The notes under the pieces were generated by a model. It had not been told where the DNA came from. It saw only the letters and a program-made list of their open reading frames with translations, and searched no databases. A stretch of 44,713 nt of DNA, from NCBI RefSeq assembly GCF_001194135.2, contig NC_068985.1, positions 50,128,414-50,173,126 of the forward strand. Direction: 5' to 3'. This document shows positions 1 to 12,910 of this stretch, one piece after another. The position numbers and the translations under genes were made by a program. Each line of letters starts with the position of its first letter. Within the stretch, counting starts at the first letter, position 1. This stretch comes from Octopus bimaculoides (Eukaryota).

Positions 1-57
1 GTTTTCGTTCCAGCACACGATCTCAGATCAGGTCACTTGCTATGCAAGTACATCTCC

Positions 58-292
58 GTAATATATATATATACATATACATAAATACATACATATATAT
101 ATATACACATATACATAAATACATACATGTAAATATACATATACATAAATACATACACATAAATACATACATATATATATATGTATACATAAATATACAT
201 ATACATAAATACATACATATATATACATATACATAAATACATACATATACATATATACATACATATACATATATACATACATACATATATGC
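58..292. repeat. Compound (TA)/(TACA) microsatellite
   Basis: Near-continuous TA/TACA/TATACA units; explains the YI/YVYICM ORFs at 23-590. Confidence 0.95.
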
Positions 293-294
293 AT

Positions 295-406
295 GTGCAG
301 GAGTTGCTCTGTGCTAAGTAGCTTGCTTGCCAACCACATGATTTCGTGTCCATTCGCACTGCGTGGCACCTTGGGCAAGTGTCTTCTACTATAGCCTCGG
401 GCGGAA
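295..406 (+). mobile_element. Octopus-type tRNA-derived SINE (family A), 5' head only
   Basis: Degenerate A/B boxes followed by gcaccttgggcaagtgtcttctactatagcctcgggc, shared with many copies in the window. Confidence 0.85.
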
Positions 407-475
407 GGATCGCCGATATGTGAGTATATGCATATACACGTACATGTATGTACATGTATATATAGATGTATATCT

Positions 476-625
476 GGGTACAGGACGTCACAAAAAAAAC
501 GTGGACAAAATGAAAAACGAGAACATAAACAAAGAACGGAAAACAACCTTTTCGGACAACGGTAGGAACACAGGAAAACAGACAGGTCACATAGAGAACG
601 TTTCCTTCATCAGCTGCCCCTATTC
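476..625 (-). mobile_element. Possible Penelope-like pseudo-LTR remnant
   Basis: Minus strand has CTGATGAagga...tccGAAA (hammerhead-like core words) with no ORF nearby. Confidence 0.3.
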
Positions 626-689
626 TAAACTAAGCGTTTATATATATACACACACACACATACATATAATGTGTGTATATGTTAGTATG

Positions 690-887
690 TCTGTCTAACC
701 CCGCAACATCGCTTGACAACCGATGCTTGTGTGTTTAACCCCCCCCCCGTAACTAGCGGTTCGGCAATGATGACCGATAGAATAAGTATTAAGGTTACAA
801 AGAATAAGTCCTGGAGTCGATTTGACCGACTAAAACCGGTGCTCCAGCATGGCTGCAGTCAAATGACTGAAACAAATAAAAGAATAT
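690..887 (+). mobile_element. SINE family A, 3' half
   Basis: acatcgcttgacaaccgatgct...gtgctccagcatggctgcagtcaaatgactgaaacaaataaaag tail shared with other copies. Confidence 0.85.
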
Positions 888-902
888 ATAAATATATACA
901 CA

Positions 903-1173
903 GAGGCGCAGGAGTAGCTGTGTGGTAAGTAGCTTGCTTACCAGCCACATGGTTCCGGGTTCAGTCCCACTGCGTGGCACCTTGGGCATGTGTCTTCTAC
1001 TATAGCCTCGGGCCGACCAAAGCCTTGTGAGTGGATTTGGTAGACGGAAACCCGTCGGATATATGTATATATGTGTGTGTGTGTGTGTGTGTTTGTGTGT
1101 CTGTGTTTGTCCCCACCAACATCGCTTGACAACCGATGCTGGTGTGTTTACGTCCCCGTAACCTAGCGGTTCG
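903..1173 (+). mobile_element. SINE family A, truncated by assembly gap
   Basis: gaggcgcaggagtagctgtgtgg (A box), ggttcagtccc (B box), core, internal (GT)n, body; runs into N gap at 1174. Confidence 0.9.
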
Positions 1174-2668
1174 NNNNNNNNNNNNNNNNNNNNNNNNNNN
1201 NNNNNNNNNNNNNNNNNNNNNNNNNNNNNNNNNNNNNNNNNNNNNNNNNNNNNNNNNNNNNNNNNNNNNNNNNNNNNNNNNNNNNNNNNNNNNNNNNNNN
1301 NNNNNNNNNNNNNNNNNNNNNNNNNNNNNNNNNNNNNNNNNNNNNNATATATATATATATATATATATATATAAGTAAATACATAAATACAGACATATAT
1401 AAACATATATATGCATGTATATATAAATACATATGTATATCGATATATATATAGATACATATGTAAATTCATATACCTACATATGTAACTAAATATCCAT
1501 ACACACATACGCTCATACACACATGCACACACACACACACACACAAACAAACATTCATGCGTTCACCGATACCATATAATTTTAAACGTAATTGGTAATA
1601 GCATTATAACAGATCAGTGTGGAAATCGGAACGTACTTGAGTTGCCAAGTACATCGCAGAAAAGGAAATCGTGCTGTATTGGAAACATGACAACATGTAA
1701 CACAGTGCAAAGTAATTATGAAAATGATGAGCGAGATTGGTAAAGGGACGGCAAATACTGAAGATCGAATTCAGGAAAGCACTGGAATGTGAAAAATGTG
1801 TTTAACATCCCTACCCTCCTCGTTTTTCTCTGTTGTATTTTGTATTGTAGCAAGCAGATATTTTTGAGTGGAAGAGGAATACAAATACAATAAGATTGAA
1901 AGAGACGAATTTATATTCAAATAAACTATTACGTTTATACATACAAGATAATACAGATAGAAAGATAGCGCCGCAGAATAAATATACATAGATATATGCA
2001 TCGGTGAGTTGATATAAACAAGAGATTGTACACAAAAGTCATACAAGCGTGTGTCTGTGTGTGCGTAACACACACACACACATACATAGAGGCATATACG
2101 TGTCTATCCACGTGTAACATATCATTGGTAATAGATTAATATATTGCAGGTATATATATAACGGTAGATCAGTTCTATTGACAGCGATACAAAAATTCAC
2201 AGTCCAAAATCACCCACTGACAGATACATTTGATCATGAATTTGAAAAACACTAAATTCTGAGAGGAATTTTATCAGACCGTAACAAAGTTTCTTTCGGG
2301 ACAGCCCGTTCAGTGAATGATAGTCTCCAATATATTTTGAGATTCCAGGCACAGGTACGATGTATCTGCTGAATGTTCCTCTCATAAGCCCAGTGCGTGC
2401 ATACATACATACATATAATGTATATATATATATACATATAGGCCCATGCATATACACAAACATACACACACGCATATAGGCCATGCATATATATATATAT
2501 ATATATATATATACGTATAAACAAACATACGTACTAGTTAATTTTCATTTTAGTAGGTAAATGCATTTAGTTGCATAAAGATTAAGGAGAAAATAAGAAG
2601 GTACTTCTGTTATAAGGTACATCGCAAAAGTGAGTCGTGTTGCATTGGATACAAGACANNNNNNNNNN

Positions 2669-2714
<46 letters not shown>

Positions 2715-3387
2715 GTGGTAGATTTACATACACATGCAGACACTTGTGTGCGTGTGTATGTAAGTACGTACGTACGTACGTATGTATGTATGTATGCATG
2801 ATGGGTATAAACAAATAGATATGTATTTAATTACCTGATCCTTTGGGCTTTCTGTGCAGGCACGATTACGGCGCTGGTAAGCTGGTACATGTTGTAGAAA
2901 GACACAGGCGAAAGCAGAACTAGACTGACTGGATGGGTCCCAAGTAGCCAAAAAAAAAAAATTAAAAAGTAACGTAGGAACTAGAGTGTAACTTTAACAG
3001 CCCCACCAACTAGTAGCAGGTTACCGACTGGTAGGCCTTCTTCCTTAAACATGCTCGATTCATCGACGAAACTACCTCTATCTATTCCTTCTTTACCGTC
3101 TTTCTCTCTTTTAACAGTATATAATATATGCAATATTTTCCTTCTCCTCCCCCATTCATTATTCTATTCATACTACTGTTACCACCACTCTCTACGTACT
3201 ACTACTATTACTACTACTTATGCAATTAACTAGCAGAAGCACGCTTATGTTCACGAAAATAAATATCCGTCAGTGAAAAATCAGCGAATATCTGCACAGC
3301 TACAGATGACTATTGTTTTACTAAAACCTTCGACAAAGATCTGTTGCACATATACATAAAATTTCGATTGCATTTCTGCACCCTAAA

Positions 3388-3427
3388 CATGATCACGTGA
3401 CAAGTCACATGATTTGTGTCACATGAT
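3388..3427. promoter_or_regulatory. Cluster of three M-box/CLEAR-type E-boxes
   Basis: ATCACGTGAC 3392-3401, GTCACATGAT 3404-3413, GTCACATGAT 3418-3427 in non-repeat DNA. Confidence 0.5.
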
Positions 3428-4144
3428 TTAATCTTAATCTTTCATTTTCTCTGAACAATACTAGCTTGCAGAATGATGTTTACTATATTTATTATACCAA
3501 GTTTTTTTTCCGTTTTATTATTATATATATATTTTTTTGTTTTGCTGATTTGTTTTCTCTTTCTCTCTTTTTATTTTTTGTTTTTACCTAATAACATAAA
3601 GAGATTTTTACCCTGCTACTGATCTGCTAATGTTCATCATCATCATCAGTATGTATGTATGTTATGTATGTGTGTATGTATGTATAGATGGATGTCATTG
3701 TTCAATTTTATTTCAAGATTTCTTGTCAATAGAGAAAGAGCCATTTTCTAACCTAGATCCAAGGCTCCTTCATTGGAATTTCAACATCAACAGGGTATTT
3801 TTGTTTGTATATATGTATGTTTGTATGTATGTATGAATGCATGCATGGTTGCATACATCTATACATACATATACACATACATACATACATATATGCATGC
3901 ATATGTACATTTATACATCATCATTTTAGCATTCATTTTTCAATGCTTGCATGGAGTTTATTGAGGCAAATTTTCTACAGTTGAATGCCATTTTTGTTGC
4001 CAATCCTCACCTGTTTCCAAACAAGGTAATATATCCCCATGGTCAGACGTGTTTTTGCAGAAAATTGTAGATGAATGGCACTGCTTGTATGACAGTGACA
4101 ATCATTTACAACTATTATATGATGTCAAGACAAGGAGATACACA

Positions 4145-4285
4145 AACTTATGTATGTGACTGTTGTGGTAAGAAGTTTGCTTCCCAGCCACGAGATTCTG
4201 GGTTTCTTCTACTGTACGCTTGGGCCGAATGAAGCCTTGTGTGTGGATTTGGTAGATGGAAACTGAAAGGAGCCCGGAGTATGTA
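4145..4285 (+). mobile_element. SINE family A head, diverged
   Basis: gtggtaagaagtttgcttcccagccac...gccttgtgtgtggatttggtagatggaaactgaaag. Confidence 0.75.
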
Positions 4286-4289
4286 TATA

Positions 4290-6110
4290 CCTTCATCATC
4301 ATCATTCAACGTCCGTTTTCCATGCTGGCATGGGTTGGACGGTTTGACTGGGGACTAGCAAGCCAGGAGGCTGCACCAGGCTCCAATCTGATCTGGCAAT
4401 GTTTCTACGGCTGGATACCCTTCCTAATGCCAACCACTCCAAGAGTGTAGTGGGTGCTTTTTACATGTCACTGGCACAGGTGCCAGTCAGGCAGCACTGG
4501 CATCGGCCACATTCAGATAGTGCTTTTTACGTGCTACTAGCACAGGAGCCAATCGGGGCAGTAGGGCTGGCATCGACCACGTGCGGATGGTGCTTTTTAC
4601 ATGTCACCAACACAGGGAGCCAGTCAAGCAGCACTGGCAATGACCCATGCATGAATGGTGCTTATTACATGCCACCAGCACGGGAGCCAGTCAGGTGGCA
4701 CTGACATCAGCTACAACTACAATTTCCATTTGATTGTGATTTGATTTGATCTGATTTTGATTTTACTTGGCTCAATGGGTCTCCTCAAGCATGGCATGTC
4801 GACGATTCAAAGGTAGCTTTTAAATGGGCTGGTTATGCGACACTGGTGTAGTCTATGTATGTGTTGTGTGTGTGTCGTATGTATGTGTGTGTGTCTGTAT
4901 ATGTGAGTGTGTGTGTGTACACACACATACATATACACCTATATGTGTATATGTGGAGAGAGGGACAGAAATGGATGTCTTGCAGCTACTCCAGTTGGAA
5001 AAAGAGAGAGGAAAGGAGAAGAAAGAGAGGGGAGAGAAAGATAAAGAGAGAGAGAGAGAAGACAATGATGTGTCAGGGCATATCCTCAAGTTATGGAGAC
5101 ATGTATGTGAAAAGTGGTACAGTAAACTGGGTAGGGTGGGTGGGCAGGTAAGTTCATGAAAATGTAAAAGATGCAGGGGAAGGGAATGCAGTGAGTGAAC
5201 ATAGGTGGAGGAAGAGGGGTTAGGAAGATGAGGTGTAAGGGAGAGAGGCTTGTCAGGGACAGATTGTATGCAGGTAAATTTGTGAGAATGAGAAGCGAGA
5301 ATGAAAGTTAGAGAAGGCGGGGAATACATTGTGTAGTAAACTCAGGTAGAGATGGGGGGGATGTTAGGAACATGAGTTGTTGGGGTGAGATTTATCAAGG
5401 ACAGTTGAACAGGGACATAGACATAAACAACATATTTTAGAATCTCGTTTTACTTAGATAGACAGATCTTCTCTAGCACTGCAAAACACTAATCCTCTTT
5501 CATCATCTCAGTCATTTTCCACCACTTTATACACATCTACCTGGGCCTCCCTCTTCCTCAAATTCCATCCACATTTAGTGATTGGCACTTCTTTACACAG
5601 CTATCCTCATCCGCTTGCATCACATAACCATTCCAACATGGTCTTCTCTCTTGTATACACTACACATGGTGCTTCTTATGCACAAACTTTCTGTCAACAC
5701 ACACTTTGTCATACTTGTACAAGCAGACATTGCATGTTAGCAGAGCATGCTAGTTCCATTTGTTTCAAGTTTTCACATGTTCTCTACATTCACAGCCCAC
5801 ATTTCACTACCCTATAGCATTGCTGTTTATAGATAAGCATTATACAATCTGCCTATCATTCTGAGGGAGAAGCCCTCTGTTATCAACAGAGGTAATAACT
5901 CCCTGAATTTTCCCCAGCTTGTTCTTCTTGCAGCTACACTTTCAGAGCATCCTCTGTTAAATAGGTTACCAAGGTAACAGAAACTATCTACTGCCACTGA
6001 AGATCCTTTTGAGCATGTGAAGAAATGTGTTTCCTGTGTGGTCTTAGTTCCTGTATATCTGCTACACACAAAGACTAATTTCTCTATTAACCTTCCTGTG
6101 AGTCCACTGC
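4290..6110 (-). mobile_element. RTE-clade LINE, decayed 3' end (ORF end, long 3' UTR, (TGA)n tail)
   Basis: Minus-strand remnant VDSFCYLGNL..SESVAARRTSWGKFRELLPLLITEGFSLRMIGRLYNAY (5827-6069). Pyrimidine-rich UTR and tail resemble the + copy at 19.7-21.1 kb. Confidence 0.8.
4450..4710. repeat. Minisatellite of about 68-bp units (4 diverged units) in the RTE 3' UTR
   Basis: Unit gtgctttttacatgtcacc..cac.ggagccagtcagg.ggcactggcatcg.ccac repeated head-to-tail. Confidence 0.85.
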
Positions 6111-6244
6111 ACCTCTTATGTGTCCATTACTTGCCCTAAGCACATTGTATGAAATTTCTACACACACTTTACTACATATTAAGTAGGGCTATTTCTATGA
6201 AGGGATTAGTAATTTTTCTGCTTTCCTGCTCACTAGGACATATA

Positions 6245-6490
6245 TATGTGTGTGTGTGTGTGTATCTACGTGTATGTTCCTGTGTGTCTGTATTTATCTC
6301 CCCTATCACTGCTTGACAACCAGTGTTGGTGTGTTTATGTCCCTGTAACTTAGCAGTTTGGCGAAAGAGACTAGAAAAATAAGTACTAAGCTTAAAAAAT
6401 AAGTCCTGAGGTCGATTTGTTCAACTAAAATCTTTCAAAGGGTGCTCCAGTATGGCTGCAGCCAAATGACTGCAACAGATAAAAGAATAA
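6245..6490 (+). mobile_element. SINE family A, 3' half
   Basis: gcttgacaaccagtgttggtgtgtttatgtccc...gggtgctccagtatggctgcagccaaatgactg. Confidence 0.8.
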
Positions 6491-6584
6491 CAGAATATAT
6501 TGTTAACACTGTTGTCATAGATGACAGATGAGCTTTTTGCAATTTCTGGTTGGAAAACGTGCACAGATGATTTGTTAAAAGGGG

Positions 6585-6795
6585 GTAAGCTGGCAGAATC
6601 GTTAGCACGCAGGGAGAAATGCTTAGTGGTATTATGTCTGTCTTTACATTCTGAGTTCAAACTCCGCCGATGTCAACTTTGCCTTTTATCCTTTTGGGGT
6701 CGATATATTAAGTACCAGTTGTGTACTGGGGTTGATCTAATCGACTGGTCCCCTCCCCCAAAATTTCAGGCCTTGTGCCTAGAGTAGAAAGGGAT
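6585..6795 (+). mobile_element. Nin/Deu-domain tRNA-derived SINE (family B)
   Basis: tRNA-like head (agctggcagaatcgttagc...gagttcaaactcc) then ctttgccttttatccttttggggtcgatatattaagtaccag, the Deu/Nin-domain signature. Confidence 0.75.
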
Positions 6796-7019
6796 TGTGA
6801 TTAAAGATCAAGTGTTTGTATGGTACATTAGCTCACTTCTTCTATCAAATTGATATTCCCTGTGCAGTTGCATGGTGTACTATACATGTATGTGTGTGTG
6901 TGTGTGCATATATGTAAATATGTGTGTGTGTGTGTTTGTATGTATACATATGTATATGTGTATATATGCATATAGGTATGTGTGTGTGTGTGTAAAAATC
7001 ATCATCATTATCATCATAA

Positions 7020-7325
7020 TCATTTAACCCCTGCTTTCCAAGCTGGCATGGGTTCGATGGTTTGACTGAGGTTTGGCAGGCCAGAGGCTGCACCAGGATC
7101 CAATCTGATCTGGTATGGTTTCTATAGCCAGATGCCCTTCCTAACGCCAACTACTTCGAGAGTATAGTGGGTGGTTTTTATGTACCATCAGCACGGGAGC
7201 CAGTCAGGTGGTACTGGCATCGACCACACTTGAATTGTGCTTTTTACGTGCCCCCGACACGGGAGCCAGTCAGGTGGCACTGGCAACAACTACACTCGAA
7301 TGGTGCCTTTTACATGCCACCGGTG
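7020..7325 (-). mobile_element. RTE 3' UTR tail fragment with 3 minisatellite units
   Basis: Same tail as 4290-4450 and same 60-70 bp unit as 4450-4710. Confidence 0.8.
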
Positions 7326-7703
7326 AATAATATTTGTCTCTTTGTGTGTATATCCATACATTCACACACACTAATAAATAGATGAGTATATAAAATAAAA
7401 AGCTGAAAAAAGGGGGAAAAAACAGATATCTTTGTTTATAATTGATTTTTATACTTCAAAGTATAAATGTAATTTTCAGTCTAAAAATATCTCATTTTAT
7501 GACGAAAAAGTTATTAATTAAAAAAGATACTATATTTTTCCCCATCCCTTTATAAATTAATTTTATCTTCAATATAACTCTCTTCCTTCACTTCCACTCC
7601 CTTACTGTCATCATAACTATTATTATTATTATTATTATTTTTGTCTATGTTAGAAATCCTTTAAGAAAACCTCCTCACCATCAACCTCAACCTCATCATT
7701 TTC

Positions 7704-7735
<32 letters not shown>

Positions 7736-8289
7736 CCATCACCATCATCATTTCTTTCCATTTCATTTCATTTCCATAATGACAAGGCTGCGGTAGAAAC
7801 TATTTGTTGCCCTAATTTCTATGGACCCACCTTCCTTTTTGAAACAAAAAAAAAAGAAAATGAATAAATTAAAATTTGAGGAAAGGAATAGGGAGAACAA
7901 GGGGAAAGAAGTGACAAAAAGAAAAAAAAAATGATAGAGGATGTTGCATTAACCCGTTAACACATCCCCAACCTAATGTTTTCTGCGCTCATTCTGCAAA
8001 AAAACAATCAATAAAATGAAGTATTTATAGATTTAAATCTTTCAGCAAGAAGAAAATAAATAAATGAATATATAAATAAATTAAATGAATAAATAAATAA
8101 AATCAAAAATTATAAACCCTATCTATATGATTATAGGGAAAAATCAATATGTGTTAAGTTGATTGATTAAGAAATACAGAACAAGGGAAAGGTATACCAT
8201 TTTTTTATGACTAGCTAAATAGAAAATGACAGGAATTTTTAACATGCCTACTAATGTATCTATGTGTGCATACAAATGCTTGCATTTAT

Positions 8290-8519
8290 ATACTTTTTTA
8301 CTCTTTTACTCTTTTAATTGTTTCAGTCATTTGACTGTGGCCATGCTGGAGCACCGCCTTTAGTCGAGCAAGTCAACCCCAGGACTTATTCTTTGGAAGC
8401 CTACTTATTCTATCGGTCTCTTTTGCCAAACTGCTAAGTTACGGGGTTCGTAAACACACCAGCATCGGTTGTCAAGCGATGTTGGGGGGACAAACACAGA
8501 CACGCAAACATATACACAC

Positions 8520-8567
<48 letters not shown>

Positions 8568-8730
8568 CAGGCTTCTTTCAGTTTCCGTCTACCAAATCCA
8601 CTCACAAGGCTTTGGTCGGCCTAAGGCTATAGTAGAAGACACTTGCCCAAGGTGCCACGCAGTGGGACTGAACCCGGAACCATGTGGCTGGTAAGCAAGC
8701 TACTTACCACACAGCTACCCCTACGCCTAT
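8290..8730 (-). mobile_element. SINE family A, near full length
   Basis: Reverse complement of head, core, internal TA/CA tract, body and (GAGTAAAA)n tail. Confidence 0.92.
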
Positions 8731-8854
8731 ATGTGTAAACATACACTCATAGACATACAAATACATACTTCTACACACACACACACACACACACAGATAT
8801 ATGTGAGAGTGTCTATTTGTAAATATATTTAAATATGTGTATGTGTGTGGTTAT

Positions 8855-9395
8855 ATATATTCTTTTATTCTTTTATTTGTTTCAGTCATTTGACTGTGGC
8901 CATGCTGGAGCACCACCTTAAAGGGTTTTATTCAAACAAATCAACCCCAGGACTTATTCTTTGTAAGCCTAGTACTTATTCTATCAGTCTCTTTTGTCAA
9001 ACCACTAAGTTATAGGGATGTAGCACACCAACATCAGTTGTCATGTGATGGTGAGGGAACAAATGCAGACACAAACACACAAATATATATAAACATATAT
9101 ANNNNNNNNNNNNNNNNNNNNNNNNNNNNNNNNNNNNNNNNNNNNNNNNNNNNNNNNNNNNNNNNNNNNNNNNNNNNNNNNNNNNNNNNNNNNNNNATAT
9201 ATATATATATATAATAGAAATATGTTACAAAAACAAAATAGAAACTACACAACTATATATTGTGGGGTTCTTTCAAATCCACTCACAAGACTTTGGTCGG
9301 CATAAGGCTATAGTAGAAGACACTTGCTCAAGATGCCACACAGTGGGACCGAACCTGGAACCACGTGATTGGGAAGCAAGCTTCTTACCACACAG
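8855..9395 (-). mobile_element. SINE family A, interrupted by N gap
   Basis: Tail half at 8855-9100 and head half at 9260-9395. Confidence 0.8.
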
Positions 9396-9604
9396 TCACA
9401 CACACACACACACACACACATCATCACCATCATCTTCATCATCATCATCATCATCATCATCATATAAAATAAACATTAAATGATGATGATGATATTCATT
9501 ATGAGAGATAAAAAGAAGTATTAGTTCAAAATAGCAATCTATGTATCATACTTAAAGTACGCACACACACACACACAGACACACACACACATACACACAC
9601 ACAC

Positions 9605-9758
9605 ATGATGGGCTTCTTTCAGTTTCCATCTAACAAATCCACTCACAAGGCTTTGGTTGGCCTGAGGTCATAGTAGAAGACACTTGTCCAAGGTGTCAGG
9701 CAGTGGGACCTAACCCAGAACCATGTGGTTGGGAAGCAAACTTCTTATCACACAGCTA
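9605..9758 (-). mobile_element. SINE family A head
   Basis: gggcttctttcagtttccatc...cttcttatcacacagc. Confidence 0.8.
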
Positions 9759-9879
9759 TGAATAAATCAATTCACCCCATTATACTGTAATTTCTCTTAA
9801 AATACTTCACCTAGTCATTACTCAAATTCTTTCCTATTCTCTCTTTTAGTTGTGGAGGCTCTTTTGTCATACATGTTAC

Positions 9880-10232
9880 AAGGCAACCTCATTTGTGCTA
9901 ATGGCATGGAAAACAGACCTAGCACATTCTGTCAAGTGCTTAGAAAATTGAACAGAGACAGTATAGAGTTGAGAAGATACTTTAGTCTTGTTGAACACAA
10001 GAAAACTCTATAGTGTTGATGCCAAGAAAAAAAGACAAAAAATGCTCCAGCCCCTACCATCTCCATCATTATCAGTACATTCTGCAAAGTGGTTGGTGCT
10101 AGGAGGAGCATCCAATCATAGATACTAAGTCAGAAATTGAGACATTAGAGTTACATGTGGTCTTCCAGCACATTGGATCCTGTTGAACCATTAAGCATAT
10201 GCCAGGATGGCAAGTGGATGTAACATGATGAT
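9880..10232 (+). mobile_element. Diverged RTE 3' UTR tail
   Basis: gtggttggtgctaggaggagcatccaatc...gtggatgtaacatgatgatga resembles the tail of the other RTE copies. Confidence 0.6.
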
Positions 10233-10254
10233 GAGGATATATATATATATATAT

Positions 10255-10727
10255 NNNNNNNNNNNNNNNNNNNNNNNNNNNNNNNNNNNNNNNNNNNNNN
10301 NNNNNNNNNNNNNNNNNNNNNNNNNNNNNNNNNNNNNNNNNNNNNNNNNNNNNNNNNNNNNNNNNNNNNNNNNNNNNNNNNNNNNNNNNNNNNNNNNNNN
10401 NNNNNNNNNNNNNNNNNNNNNNNNNNNNNNNNNNNNNNNNNNNNNNNNNNNNNNNNNNNNNNNNNNNNNNNNNNNNNNNNNNNNNNNNNNNNNNNNNNNN
10501 NNNNNNNNNNNNNNNNNNNNNNNNNNNNNNNNNNNNNNNNNNNNNNNNNNNNNNNNNNNNNNNNNNNNNNNNNNNNNNNNNNNNNNNNNNNNNNNNNNNN
10601 NNNNNNNNNNNNNNNNNNNNNNNNNNNNNNNNNNNNNNNNNNNNNNNNNNNNNNNNNNNNNNNNNNNNNNNNNNNNNNNNNNNNNNNNNNNNNNNNNNNN
10701 NNNNNNNNNNNNNNNNNNNNNNNNNNN
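10255..10727. other. Assembly gap (largest of eight N runs)
   Basis: Run of N. Other gaps start at 1174, 2659, 9103, 14257, 25236, 37024 and 41206, mostly at microsatellites or repeats. Confidence 1.
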
Positions 10728-11003
10728 ATTTATATATTTGATCCTTTATATTGAACACTCAATATTTCATCTACATTCAATACTTTATTTCATGGTGCCA
10801 TCCATTTTTATTTTATTTTATATTATATATTGTATATTATATTATATATTGTATATTCCATATTCTATACCCCACATTAGTTCTGCAGGAATATAAATAA
10901 AACATAAATAAAACATAAAAAACAGACAGTGTTGGAACTCTTTTAAGCAAAATAATATATATATATATATATATACATACATACATACATACGTACATAC
11001 ATA

Positions 11004-11066
<63 letters not shown>

Positions 11067-11278
11067 ATGTGTATACTTAGAGAGAGATGTATAAATTCAC
11101 ATATACTATATTTAATAAGCACAAATAATATTTATCCCTCACCAGATGGAATACTTCTTTTATAGGTCTTACCATCATGGAACACTACACTATATATATA
11201 TATATATAAAACATAACACACACATACATACAAAGACACACACATTACACACACACACATACATACAAAGACACACAC

Positions 11279-11318
<40 letters not shown>

Positions 11319-11879
11319 AAGCTAATTATATATGATAGTTACTAATTCACTTGCTTTACTATTTGTTTTGGCAAGATCATTAATGCCATAACTTGCAATT
11401 TCCTCTGCTCCTGAAGATAGACCATATTACCTTTGATGAATATGGTCTCAAATGGCCACATATTTGTCCATATTTGTCATGCATATACATGGTATGTATA
11501 TGCATGTATCTGTGTGTGTGTGTGTCTATATGCATATATGTGTATGGATATACACTGAATAATATATATTTCTGCTAACAGTAATGAAACTGGAATGTTT
11601 GACCAACACCTTACATACAATAAGGTCTGGTCATGCAGAACTTATTAGGAGCAGGTAGAAGACAAACCAAAATAGCAACCGTAAACCAATATTTTGATGA
11701 GGGATTAAAGGTGCAAAACATGGCAATACAGCTAGAAATAGCAGATAAATCAATCTCAAACACTGATATTCTATATATCATTGATGGGAGATTCAGCTGC
11801 TATGTCACTACTGGATTTCTGTCACTGAGGAGCCCAAAACTGCTAGAATCACATGATCTGGCAGTTTAGTGGCCATAGC

Positions 11880-12345
11880 AGATAGTTGCTGTCTGTCAAC
11901 GATACAAATCCAGGGGCTTTTATGCCTTAAAGTCAACTGCTGTTGTCTCCTCTGTTGATGTCCCAGAGTTCTGCTTCAGGAGATCCCCATACAGTGCTCA
12001 TGCTTTCTTGCAGATAATGGTCTCTGTAATCATATTCCCCTGTGAGTTGTTTCTCATTGATCCACAAAAGCAATTTTTCCATCTCTTCATGGACAGATGT
12101 GCATTGCTTGGAGAGCCTGAACACACCCTTTGCTGTTGTAATGGCCTTGATCTCGTCCTTTGTCTTCAGAATGGTGCAGATCATTGACATGCTTCGGTTG
12201 TATTGACGTGTTATGTCCACTACATGCTCTCCTCGCTCATGTTTATCAATGATTTCATTTTTCAATTCTATCGTTACCAGCTTTTTCTTCTTCCCAGTAC
12301 TGTCCTTTGCTCTAACCTTCTTAGGACCCATGGTTAACACAACTA
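11880..12345 (-). mobile_element. Tigger/pogo transposase remnant (CENP-B-like HTH N-terminus), frameshifted and internally deleted
   Basis: MGPKKV..KKKKLVTIELKNEIIDKHERGEHVVDITRQYNRSMSMICTILKTKDEIK..VHEEMEKLLLWINEKQLTG is the Tigger1/TIGD1-type N-terminus. Frame breaks after QLTG; no DDE domain. Confidence 0.88.
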
Positions 12346-12910
12346 ATTATTATAAAATAATAGCAAAAACCACACAAAATTAAAAAAAAAAACACTGGGT
12401 AAAACACAGCAGATAAATACATGAACTGAGTGAGTGGAAGCTGCTCTTATTGGGAGAGTGTGTGTAAGCTCAGTGCTGACTAGCAGTTATTTGTATGAAA
12501 CTCACTCACACTGTGGATTTCCACTCATACTTCAAGATAAAAATTCACATGAGCCTTGGCTCATACAACAAATTACTTACACAGTGGTGCACTTGTACTG
12601 TGAGGTTCTACTGTATATATATTATCTATAGTATCATTTCTATGTATCTTTTTCCAGTAGATTGTATAAATCTTCTCCAGTACAACCTCTTACCATTTGT
12701 TGCAATCATTTATGGCCTTGTTCACAAGGTCCAACTTCATGAGACCAGACGATCTTCTCATATCTCTCTGTTTTCTTCTGCAGCTGCCTTTCACTTTGAT
12801 CACTTGACAATTCTTTATCTAGAAATGAATCCTCCATACATAACACATAATCATACTTGCTCAGTTTTTTCTTTCCTATATACTAAAGATTATACCTGTT
12901 TGTATAACAT

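Noticed and set aside
23-1550. Long ORFs of up to 251 aa rich in Y/I/M/C/V/H/T, with similar ones throughout the window
   Set aside because: Translations of TA/CA/TG microsatellites, SINEs and N gaps; no domain content.
4450-4710. Regularly spaced repeats that look CRISPR-like
   Set aside because: Whole units are homologous with no unique spacers, there are no cas genes, and the array sits inside a eukaryotic LINE UTR.
11933-12340. Domesticated TIGD/CENP-B-like host gene
   Set aside because: Frameshift after the HTH region and no DDE domain; consistent with a decayed Tigger copy.
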